A stretch of DNA of 23,400 nucleotides, from IMG/VR virus record IMGVR_UViG_3300034072_002212, positions 158,417-181,816 of that record; one strand, written 5' to 3'. A model generated the notes under the pieces. It saw nothing but the letters and a program-made list of their open reading frames with translations. It had not been told where the DNA came from and did no database searches. The position numbers and the translations under genes were made by a program. Below are positions 1 through 7,172 of this stretch, one piece after another (the stretch's first letter is position 1; each line of letters opens with the position of its first letter). This stretch comes from a virus. Lineage: Duplodnaviria > Heunggongvirae > Uroviricota > Caudoviricetes.

Positions 1-494
1 CCTTCAGCCTCGTTGACGAGGATCTTCTCAACCTTCGTAGGATCAACCCAGAACCAACGCAGAGTCTCAGGGTCGCGGATAAAGAACTGATCACCATACT
101 TGATGGTGTTGCGGAAAATTCGCCAAACGCGCTTCTTCCATTCGTTGATCTTGCTCCACTGCATGAGGCAGCTCTTGAGGATTTCCACCTCAGTTTCGCT
201 GGCTTCTTTGCGGTAGTTGATCGAGAAAACTTCGTCAGTCTTCTCATCCTTGCGAGTGCTGAACGTCGCAATAGTGTCCAGTGCAGCATTGACCTCGGAG
301 TCATTGTCCATGTCATCGTATTGGCTATAACGGTCAATACGCATTGGCGAACCCTCATAGACCTCGGGGAGAACGCTCGCATAATTGGCGCTCGATCCGC
401 CAGCAGTGGGATCCATGAGTTCGTGGTTGCGTGCCAGCTGCTTCTTGAGCATCTGATTGATTGGAACGACTTGAACGTGCTTCTTATAAGACAT
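1..494 (-). CDS. gp20: Portal protein, T4 gp20-like (N-terminal part; runs off the window edge)
   Basis: Not in the ORF track; translated manually from ATG 494: MSYKKHVQVVP...RIDRYSQYDDMDNDSEVNAALDTIA...WRIFRNTIKYGDQFFIRDP. The R-x-x-Y-x-x-M-x-x-D-x-EV-x-x-ALD motif is typical of T4-like portals. TAAATA upstream at 522-527 (-). Confidence 0.85.
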   Translation of the reverse strand, partial: MSYKKHVQVVPINQMLKKQLARNHELMDPTAGGSSANYASVLPEVYEGSPMRIDRYSQYDDMDNDSEVNAALDTIATFSTRKDEKTDEVFSINYRKEASETEVEILKSCLMQWSKINEWKKRVWRIFRNTIKYGDQFFIRDPETLRWFWVDPTKVEKILVNEAE

Positions 495-529
495 CTGGTA
501 CCTTAGCGGGTAAACTCCAGATATTTAGC

Positions 530-2920
530 TTAGATGGAATGATCAGCCAGCAACTTGGTGTTACGGTTACCTTCCTCCAAGAGACGAGCCAGACGCTCGC
601 CCACGCCACGCATAACTGCGAGCTCTTCCCTCATAGTCTCAACCTGCCTTTCACCATTCTCCTTGATGCTCTTCAGCAAGTTGGCAGAACGCTCATTGGC
701 TTCCATGATCTTAGCGGTCATCTGATCAGCAGTCATAGCATTGCGATTCCTCTGACCAGTTGCGTTAGCGGGTTGTTGACCCGCAGCCCTATTATAACCC
801 TGAGGGGTCCTAGAAGGGGCCGCAGCGGCGGTCGGAGCCGTAGAAGCATTGCTACCCGAGTCATTCCACCAGGCGTATCCTAGACCCGCCAGGCCGCCCA
901 CGGCGGCACCGATACCTGTACCAATGACTGGGACCACAGAACCAATGGCAGCACCCGCTAGAGCGCCACTTGCTGCCGAGGTTCCATAACCAGTGGCTCG
1001 AGAACCAAAGAAACCCTTTTCATTTGCGCCAGTGCCGAGGAAGCTTTCTCCCTGACGATCGGCAACCATGTTGCCACCTGCGTAAACACCGTAACCACCA
1101 GCCAGAACACCACCAGCCACACCCAGTGCTGGGGCTGCGAGCCTAGCCAGACCAGCCGCGCGACCTGCGCCAGCGGCAGCACCCGCACCTCGACCAGCAA
1201 GACCTCCAAGACCACCCCTAAGGGTATTCAACAAGCCAATACCCTTAACAGCCATACCTACAGCACCGCCGAACAGAGCCAAAGCACCTGTAGCTGCCAA
1301 CAAGCCAACAGCCAGAGGTCCCATTAGGCCCTGATTGGATTCAAGGGCGGCGGCGTTAGCCTGAATGCTCTTTGCCAAATCCAACAGAGCAGGATTGACC
1401 ACGTCCCTGAGCGTTGGACCAATCTCGTTGATCAATGGATTTACGAGGGCCTGTTGGAGAGCCTGCTTGGTTACATCTGCTTGTTTAGCGAGTTCATCAA
1501 GCTGAAGAATACCAATACCAGCCTGACGTTCAGTTCCACCTTCACCCTGCTTCGATCCAGCATTATTAGTTGGATCAGTTTTGGCGTTGTTACCCGCAAG
1601 AATACCACCTGTGATAGCTGTAAAATTGCTCGCCAGGGCGCTATCGGAGAGAGCACCCATGTTGGCATACTGTTGGAGACGAGCACGGTCGTTCAGCATT
1701 GTAGAAGAAACGCTGCGTAGGTCACGACCGGTTCTGAAACCAGACTCTACAACATCAACATTGCTGTTGGCCTTAATTCCAGCGATCTGATTCAGGGCAG
1801 TCTGCTGAAGTTCCGGCAAAGTAGCTGCTAGATCAGTGGCACTCTTGTTTAGAGGCTGGCCAAACTGAATAATGTCATTGATCAGTGTGCGTCCGGCTTC
1901 ACCATAGGTCATGGCATATTTGGTAGCAACACTATCAAGTGCAAGGCGCTGGTCATCATTCAGACCTTGCGCCTGCATGGATGCCTGAACGTTGGAATTG
2001 CTGGCTTGTTCTTTAGCAGCCGCCAGAGCTTCTTCTCGAGTTTTACCAAGAATATTAGCTGTAGTCTCACTGGAGCGAACCAGCTGAATCATACCACGAG
2101 CCATATCCTCGTTGGTACGATCGCGGCTCATGCCTTGAAGTCTGAGAATGTCTGCGTATTCAATAGAAGCTTCACGAAGCTGCTCTTGGGTCATACCCAA
2201 CGCGCCAGCGCCTCGTGTCATTTCATTGACAGTTTTATTGAGCTGGAGCCAACGAATACCACCCAACGCACGAGCACCCTGGGCACCATTCTGCGTCATG
2301 GCATCAGCAAAGTCTTTCATCGTCATACCAGCATTTGTAGTCTGACGACTCAGATCCTGCATAGAGTCGATGGAGCCTTCACCAGAGCTCAAAACTCGAC
2401 GGTATTGGTCAGCCTGGTTCATCACCACGCCGGCCGATCCCTTGAACATCCTGGTGAAGAGAGCAAAGGCTGCGCCGGTCTTAACGCCTTCTTCGCCTAC
2501 CTTTTCACCGAAGCCCTTAACATCCTTGCCGGCTCTAGTAACAGTTTTGCCAAACTCGTCAACTTCTTGACTAGAACCCCTCAGTTCTCGATCCAGAAAG
2601 GTGAACCCAGCGGTGTTGTTATTACCACCACGGCGGGCTTTCTCTTCCTGAATGATAGTGCGGCGAGGTTGTGTTGGACCGCGCTCTTTTAGACCCTTAA
2701 GAGGGTCTTGGTTCTTCCATTCTCTAAAGAACTCTTTGACAATCTCATCAGCCGAGATATCAGTGCCCTTGGCATTGTTGGCCTGGTTGGCCATGCGGGT
2801 GAGCATCAGGCGCATACGATAGAGTTCGTCACGGGTGAGCTGGTCACCCTTGGTCCTCTCTAGTCGATCTCCAAGGTTATCAAACAGATTTTTGAGCTGT
2901 TCAAGTTCAAAATCAGCCAT
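530..2920 (-). CDS. Tape-measure-like tail protein (~796 aa)
   Basis: Long Ala/Gly/Gln-rich helical protein with C-terminal hydrophobic glycine-zipper segments (GALAGAAIGSVVPVIGTGIGAAVGGLAG). ATG 2920 preferred because GGGGAG SD lies at 2925-2930. Adjacent to hub-assembly genes. Confidence 0.65.
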   Translation of the reverse strand: MADFELEQLKNLFDNLGDRLERTKGDQLTRDELYRMRLMLTRMANQANNAKGTDISADEIVKEFFREWKNQDPLKGLKERGPTQPRRTIIQEEKARRGGNNNTAGFTFLDRELRGSSQEVDEFGKTVTRAGKDVKGFGEKVGEEGVKTGAAFALFTRMFKGSAGVVMNQADQYRRVLSSGEGSIDSMQDLSRQTTNAGMTMKDFADAMTQNGAQGARALGGIRWLQLNKTVNEMTRGAGALGMTQEQLREASIEYADILRLQGMSRDRTNEDMARGMIQLVRSSETTANILGKTREEALAAAKEQASNSNVQASMQAQGLNDDQRLALDSVATKYAMTYGEAGRTLINDIIQFGQPLNKSATDLAATLPELQQTALNQIAGIKANSNVDVVESGFRTGRDLRSVSSTMLNDRARLQQYANMGALSDSALASNFTAITGGILAGNNAKTDPTNNAGSKQGEGGTERQAGIGILQLDELAKQADVTKQALQQALVNPLINEIGPTLRDVVNPALLDLAKSIQANAAALESNQGLMGPLAVGLLAATGALALFGGAVGMAVKGIGLLNTLRGGLGGLAGRGAGAAAGAGRAAGLARLAAPALGVAGGVLAGGYGVYAGGNMVADRQGESFLGTGANEKGFFGSRATGYGTSAASGALAGAAIGSVVPVIGTGIGAAVGGLAGLGYAWWNDSGSNASTAPTAAAAPSRTPQGYNRAAGQQPANATGQRNRNAMTADQMTAKIMEANERSANLLKSIKENGERQVETMREELAVMRGVGERLARLLEEGNRNTKLLADHSI

Positions 2921-2941
2921 GGCACTCCCCAATTACACCAT

Positions 2942-2986
2942 TATTTAGTGGGGGAATTAACCATGTGGTTAATCGTCCGATAAGTA
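2942..2986. promoter_or_regulatory. Back-to-back late-type promoters sharing a central palindrome
   Basis: Minus: GGTTAAT(2962-2956)-N8-TAAATA(2947-2942). Plus: GGTTAAT(2967-2973)-N7-TAAGTA(2981-2986). Palindrome ATTAACCA-TG-TGGTTAAT at 2956-2973. Resembles the T4 late TATAAATA box, and a gp55-like gene is in the window. Confidence 0.6.
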
Positions 2987-3009
2987 GGTGTATAGAAGAG
3001 GAGACAACA

Positions 3010-3849
3010 ATGTCCGACAATCCACTAGCAGCCTACTTTCGCGGCGCGGACGTTCATCAGACCTTGCCAACACAGGGCCAGTTCTTTGATGAAGGTGAAA
3101 TTGAACTAGCGATCAATGGCGAAGTCGCAATTCTTCCAATGACTGCCGCTGATGAGATCGTGCTCAAGAATCCGGACGCCTTGCTAAACGGGGATGCCTT
3201 GGAACGACTATTCAAAAGCTGCGTACCCGCCATCAAGGCTCCGCGTAAAATCAGCGTGCCTGACATGGACGTTCTCCTGCTTGCTATCAAGCTGGCAAGC
3301 TATGGCGACACCTTGGAGATCAGCGTTAGGTGCCCAAAGTGTAAGGAAGAATTCACCTATGATACCAGCATCCGCGGTTTCCTGGCTGAGATTTCCATGG
3401 TCAAGGAAGAGGACACTTTGGTTCGCGTAACTGACGACATGGTGGTCTATCTGCGCCCTTATGACTTTGAAGCAAAAACAAAGCTAGATCTAGCGGCATT
3501 CGAAGAGGCCAAGCTTCTTCAGCACCTTCTAACGCTGGATGCCAGCGATGAAGAAAAAGCCAAGTTGTTCAATGAGTCTTTTGAAAAGATTGCTGAGCTG
3601 AATTTGGATCTGTTGTCGCATTGTATTCGTTACATCCAGATTCCCGATCAGATTGTTGATAATCCAGGCTACATCAGAGAGTTCGTGAAGAACTCTGACA
3701 AGAACTTGGTCAAGAAGATCAGCGATAAACTGGGCGATCTCAGTAAGAGCGGCGTCAATCGAGAAATGGAAGTTGTGTGTCCAAAGGAAGATTGCGGTCA
3801 CGTCTGGACTACGGAGATGACCTTCGATCCAGCCCATTTTTTCGCCTAA
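3010..3849 (+). CDS. gp26: Baseplate hub assembly protein / tail assembly chaperone, T4 gp26-like
   Basis: ATG 3010 after GAGGAG. Motifs LPTQG, PMTAADEI, DMDVLLLAIKLASYG, CPKC and C-terminal CPKEDC...FDPAHFFA match the gp26-like family. Confidence 0.75.
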   Translation: MSDNPLAAYFRGADVHQTLPTQGQFFDEGEIELAINGEVAILPMTAADEIVLKNPDALLNGDALERLFKSCVPAIKAPRKISVPDMDVLLLAIKLASYGDTLEISVRCPKCKEEFTYDTSIRGFLAEISMVKEEDTLVRVTDDMVVYLRPYDFEAKTKLDLAAFEEAKLLQHLLTLDASDEEKAKLFNESFEKIAELNLDLLSHCIRYIQIPDQIVDNPGYIREFVKNSDKNLVKKISDKLGDLSKSGVNREMEVVCPKEDCGHVWTTEMTFDPAHFFA

Positions 3850-4073
3850 GGCTCTTGGGGACTCCACCTGAGGAAATTCCCTATATCCTCCAAGAATATG
3901 TGGACGACGCAAGGGCCCTAGAGAAACAGTTGATCCAGATTGCGTTCTACATGAGGGGCGGTTGCCCACTGGATCAGGCCTACCGGCTTACAAACAGTCA
4001 GAGAAAGAACTCTCTGGCTTTCATTGAAGAGAACATCGAGCGCACTCAGAAGAGTGGCATCATGATGCACTAA
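3840..4073 (+). CDS. gp51-like hub assembly catalyst; probably expressed as a -1 frameshift extension of the upstream ORF
   Basis: FFRLRLL...IAFYMRGGCPLDQAYRLTNSQR...FIEENIE. No convincing own ATG/SD. The frame is -1 relative to the gp26-like ORF, across T_TTT_TTC at 3837-3843. Confidence 0.6.
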   Translation, partial: FRLRLLGTPPEEIPYILQEYVDDARALEKQLIQIAFYMRGGCPLDQAYRLTNSQRKNSLAFIEENIERTQKSGIMMH

Positions 4074-4450
4074 AGCGTGCCGTGCTCTAGATAGATGCCG
4101 GCGAGGTTGGAGTCACGACGGACATGGCGAAGCTCAAGATCAAGACCCTGAGAGATCTCCTTGAACTGTTTGAACAGGTCGGCAAGCAACTCGTTATTGA
4201 TCTTCCACGCGCCAGAGGCTTGTTGGATAACGAGATTACTGTCGCCGAGAATGACACACTTCTGAATGCCATTGTCTTTGGCCCAAAGGACAGCCCAGAC
4301 GAAAGCTGACCACTCAGCCACATTGTTGGTTCCATGGCCCAGGTCCTTCATAGTGAGGGCTTGGGCCTTTTCGCCGTCACGGCAGATCACAATACAGGAA
4401 CTCATCTGTCCTGGATTGGGTGAGCAGCCGCCGTCAAAGTAGATCTTCAT
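4070..4450 (-). CDS. rnhA: Ribonuclease HI (short, archaeal/Ty1-like type)
   Basis: IYFDGG-x-x-x-NPG, TNNVAE, GDSNLVIQQ, WKI, HVRRDSN. Three catalytic acidic residues (D, E, D) are present; the fourth Asp position reads NLAG. Confidence 0.88.
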   Translation of the reverse strand: MKIYFDGGCSPNPGQMSSCIVICRDGEKAQALTMKDLGHGTNNVAEWSAFVWAVLWAKDNGIQKCVILGDSNLVIQQASGAWKINNELLADLFKQFKEISQGLDLELRHVRRDSNLAGIYLEHGTL

Positions 4451-4456
4451 GTCCTG

Positions 4457-4486
4457 ATTCTAACTGATCCTGACCCTATGAGTCAA
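4457..4486 (-). promoter_or_regulatory. Sigma70-like promoter giving a probable leaderless RNase H mRNA
   Basis: TTGACT(4486-4481)-N18-TAGAAT(4462-4457), then 6 nt to the ATG at 4450. Confidence 0.55.
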
Positions 4487-4507
4487 CCAGTCATGGAATT
4501 GTCAACC

Positions 4508-4784
4508 GTATCAGGGCACTTGTGCCCTTGGTATCACCTCGAACTTGCGTTCGAGGACAAACGTGAATCAGCTCGTTGTTACTCGCTATTCACGTTTGTG
4601 GTATCCTGAGTGGATGGTTGTAAAAGACTAGATTTGGACCCTAATATCATATGGCATCATGAGCAGTATGTCCTCTGAAGTGGTTTGGTCCAGAGCGAAT
4701 CATACGAAGCAATTCGGTTAAGCCAGATCCTCTGGCTTAACCAGGTCCTTGTGAGTGCGAGCTTGCGAGTGCGAACCAGGACCT
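4508..4784. repeat. Cluster of near-perfect inverted repeats/hairpins
   Basis: Stems 4513-4519/4522-4528, 4537-4544/4549-4556, 4557-4568/4588-4599, 4716-4727/4731-4742 and 4743-4749/4778-4784. GTATC direct repeats at 4508, 4531 and 4601. Confidence 0.85.
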
Positions 4785-4799
4785 CATAATCCTTGAACC

Positions 4800-5548
4800 A
4801 CACTGGTTGAACTCTTGCTCCATATCGTCCAGCCACACTGACTTCCCCCGTTCCCGGGAGAAGATCAAATAAAAGAAGAATCAGGGGATTCACACATTAT
4901 GACTGGCGTGGACAGTTCAGAGGATCCTAGGTCTGCCATTATATCCTGCACCTTTTCAGTGCTCACTGCCGCTTCTATGTACTCGGTCTCCAGCTGGAGT
5001 ACCTTTCTACACAGGACGGTCGGTAGTTCGTTACACTACCACTCAACAACTCCATTGCTCACGCCAGCGGCTCCGGAGTCTTGCTCGCCTCTTTTCAAGG
5101 CGAGTCTAGTCTTTGACTAGGGCGTCCCACTGTTTGGCCAGTTTGGGACCTGCCTAGATTTCCAGGACGTTGCCGAAGCCATCTCCAGACCATTCCTAGG
5201 TCCGTTGAAGTTCCTCTGGGGTTTAAGAGTCACTGAGGGTGTGGTAGCTTCCCTCTATCTCACTTTCCCAGCCCGTGGTCGCCGCCCGATACAGCGCAAC
5301 TTGGGGGTCCGAGGGCATGATCTGCCGCTCTACTGTCTCTGTCATTCTCATACCTAGCCAACCAAAAGCTGATAAATAGGTATGTCAGGGACGGTTATTT
5401 TGCTCGGGTGTTTTTGTGTGGTAACGAATATTTGAGCTTGTGGAGCGTTCTATTATAGGCCCCGGTTGGACCTAGTGTCCTCCGGGGCTTCTTTATGATT
5501 ATTTTAAGTTTCGTAGGGGCTATAAAGTAGGTTCGCGGAAAACCTCTT
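4800..5548 (-). ncRNA. Candidate large structured non-coding RNA (family unknown; ends approximate)
   Basis: No credible ORF. More than 10 stems. On the minus strand: GGAA (4854-4851) and UUCG (5177-5174) tetraloops and several G-U pairs. Long-range helix 5218-5186 with 4935-4918; pseudoknot 5067-5060 with 4910-4903. TAAATA box at 5559-5554 points into it. Confidence 0.6.
5457..5495 (+). terminator. Hairpin plus U-rich tail (plus-strand intrinsic terminator candidate)
   Basis: AGGCCCCGG-tt-GGAC-ctagt-GTCC-t-CCGGGGCTT followed by CTTTATGATTATTTT. Confidence 0.4.
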
Positions 5549-5553
5549 GCGGG

Positions 5554-5572
5554 TATTTATTCGCGATAAGAC
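5554..5572 (-). promoter_or_regulatory. Late-type promoter pointing into the non-coding tract
   Basis: Minus strand GTCTTAT-N6-TAAATA, similar to the GGTT(T/A)AT-N7-TAAATA sites upstream of structural operons. Confidence 0.5.
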
Positions 5573-5612
5573 GCCCTGGCGTCCCGATTCAGCTACATCT
5601 GAGATCGATCTG

Positions 5613-5632
5613 AGGGGCTCCGAAGAGCCCCT
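5613..5632 (-). terminator. cUUCGg hairpin immediately after the TnpB-like stop codon (terminator or RNA processing/stability stem)
   Basis: Minus strand AGGGGCTC-TTCG-GAGCCCCT, 2 nt after TAA. No U-tract follows. Confidence 0.45.
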
Positions 5633-5634
5633 TC

Positions 5635-6462
5635 TTAGTAGGCTCGCTTCTTCATCGTTGCGAAAATGCGACCAGTCTTTGGCTGCTCAACGTCCACATA
5701 CTTGATCAAGTATGGTACCTGACTATACTTGATGTCAACAACCCAGGGGTCCTGCGCGGTAACTTCTACACCAGGTTGCTGGTGAACGAGTAGCAGGTTC
5801 CAGTGATTGTTGTTCTCGAGGTTGTGGCCCTGGATAACGAGTGGGTTCTCGCTGTAAGGATGGTAGATCTCAGTGAGATCACGGTCGCTGTAATAGTAGA
5901 CAGCGTTGAGGGCCGAACGAGGAATCTGAAGGTGCCGCTTAGTCACCATGTCATGCTTGACGAGTAGGTCGATTGGCTTGCTGTAGAGGTCCTCTTCACC
6001 AAACGCTTTGTCATTGCGCTTGATCAGCTTCGCGCTTTGGTCCTTGTAGAATTCGAGAATCAAACGAGCCATATTCCGGCGGACAGTTGCGTGGATCATT
6101 GCCGGGGATGCTGCGATGCTCATGATGTTGAACATTCGCTCATTGAGGAAACGCTCACCCTTGGTGTCACGTCCAACGAGCATCTTGCGATGTTTTTCCA
6201 AGTGCGCTGGGAGCTCAACGTCTTCCTTGGCCCGCTCATAAGACTTGATGCTTTTGCCATCTTCGGCAAGGGCTTCCCAGAGGCTTTCCCAATCCTTGTG
6301 AAGTGCGAGGAGCGTTTCAGGGAAAGTGCGGGCACGAGGACCGAGCCCTTCAACCAATGCGTTATAGTAACCCAGTTCCTGCTTCATGAACTCCTTGAGC
6401 CGGATCTTATCCGATGGGCTCACGTCGACCATCACAGTTAGGTCACGAACTTTCTTATCCAC
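5635..6462 (-). CDS. TnpB/Cas12f-like WED-REC protein lacking the RuvC nuclease domain (putative RNA-guided nucleic-acid-binding protein)
   Basis: GTG start with AAGGAG SD. The segment order matches TnpB N-terminal halves: beta strand RDLTVMVDVS, helix ...ELGYYNAL, helical REC, IHATVRRNMARLILEFYK, KRHLQIP, EIYHP, NLLLVHQ, PWVVDIKY. No GIDxG RuvC-I motif or Zn ribbon follows. The CDS itself is secure; the family call is by pattern only. Confidence 0.55.
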   Translation of the reverse strand: MDKKVRDLTVMVDVSPSDKIRLKEFMKQELGYYNALVEGLGPRARTFPETLLALHKDWESLWEALAEDGKSIKSYERAKEDVELPAHLEKHRKMLVGRDTKGERFLNERMFNIMSIAASPAMIHATVRRNMARLILEFYKDQSAKLIKRNDKAFGEEDLYSKPIDLLVKHDMVTKRHLQIPRSALNAVYYYSDRDLTEIYHPYSENPLVIQGHNLENNNHWNLLLVHQQPGVEVTAQDPWVVDIKYSQVPYLIKYVDVEQPKTGRIFATMKKRAY

Positions 6463-6530
6463 GCTTGGCTCCTTTGTTGTCTGATAACCATGCGGTACGA
6501 GCCCACTCCATGTCTATATTCTGGTGAGAA

Positions 6531-6536
6531 TAAATA
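6531..6536 (+). promoter_or_regulatory. Late-type TAAATA box upstream of the resolvase
   Basis: AATAAATA lies ~30 nt before ATG 6565; the palindromic motif TAACCATGCGGT is at 6485-6496. Confidence 0.5.
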
Positions 6537-6564
6537 CATACATAACCAGAAAAAAGGGTGAACA

Positions 6565-7104
6565 ATGACTAGCCGACAGAAAGCCAAGGGTAACGCATGG
6601 GAGAACGAGATCTGCAAGTTCTTCGGTGAGACTCTGGGTGGCAACTTTCAGCGCGTTCCCAACTCGGGCGCATACATCGGAGGCAAGAATGTCTACCGCA
6701 AGGAGACGCTCTCTGAGGGTCAGGCGCGTGCGGCTAAGGGCGACATCATCCCACCCGACGATCTCCCCAAGCTGAACATCGAAGCCAAGAATTATGGCGA
6801 CATTGCGTTCCATCAGATCATCGACGGCAAGTGCAAGCAACTCGACACTTGGATTGATCAGACCGAGGAACCTGCAGACGCGGATGACTTCTCGATGACG
6901 ATCTTTAAGATCTCGAGGACCTCCAGCTGGGTGGCTTTCAAGGCACAGTTCCTTGGAGAGTTCGACATGACGGGCCTATCCTATGTGACGTACCGCAAGG
7001 CGTTTGGAACACCCGAAGCTTGCGATTACATCGTGGTCACGTTCAAGCCATTCTTCGAACAGAACAAGGCCGCGGCGCGCAAACTAGGTGGCGCTGAAAA
7101 TTGA
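6565..7104 (+). CDS. Holliday junction resolvase-like PD-(D/E)xK endonuclease
   Basis: KAKGNAWENEI, RVPNSGA, GDII, IEAKNY fit the Hjc/T5 D14-like pattern (KG-x-x-x-E...SG...D...EAK). Confidence 0.8.
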   Translation: MTSRQKAKGNAWENEICKFFGETLGGNFQRVPNSGAYIGGKNVYRKETLSEGQARAAKGDIIPPDDLPKLNIEAKNYGDIAFHQIIDGKCKQLDTWIDQTEEPADADDFSMTIFKISRTSSWVAFKAQFLGEFDMTGLSYVTYRKAFGTPEACDYIVVTFKPFFEQNKAAARKLGGAEN

Positions 7105-7131
7105 CGCGCAACAGGTAGATCAGTCATAAAG

Positions 7132-7163
7132 AAGGCCGGGTTGATTGCCCGGCCTTTTTCTTT
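7132..7163 (+). terminator. Rho-independent terminator
   Basis: AAGGCCGGG-ttgattg-CCCGGCCTT-TTTCTTT after the resolvase stop. Confidence 0.8.
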
Positions 7164-7172
7164 GGAGTCCAG

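Noticed and set aside
321-883. Plus-strand ORFs 321-506 and 461-883
   Set aside because: They overlap the portal and tape measure genes on the opposite strand.
1967-2692. 241-aa plus-strand ORF (and other ORFs antisense to the tape measure gene)
   Set aside because: Shadow ORF opposite a well-supported gene; no motifs.
4657-5120. ORFs 4657-4893 (-) and 4899-5120 (+)
   Set aside because: No SD, atypical composition, and they run through dense inverted repeats; better explained as non-coding structure.
4800-5548. Group I/II intron, tmRNA or RNase P identity for the structured tract
   Set aside because: AAAGACTAGA resembles a group I R element, but no matching downstream S element or interrupted gene was found. 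No group II domain V, tRNA-like tmRNA ends or RNase P GAGGAAAGUCC motif were seen.
5635-6462. Active IS200/IS605 or IS607 element
   Set aside because: No TnpA (Y1 or serine) gene, no RuvC domain and no recognisable element ends.
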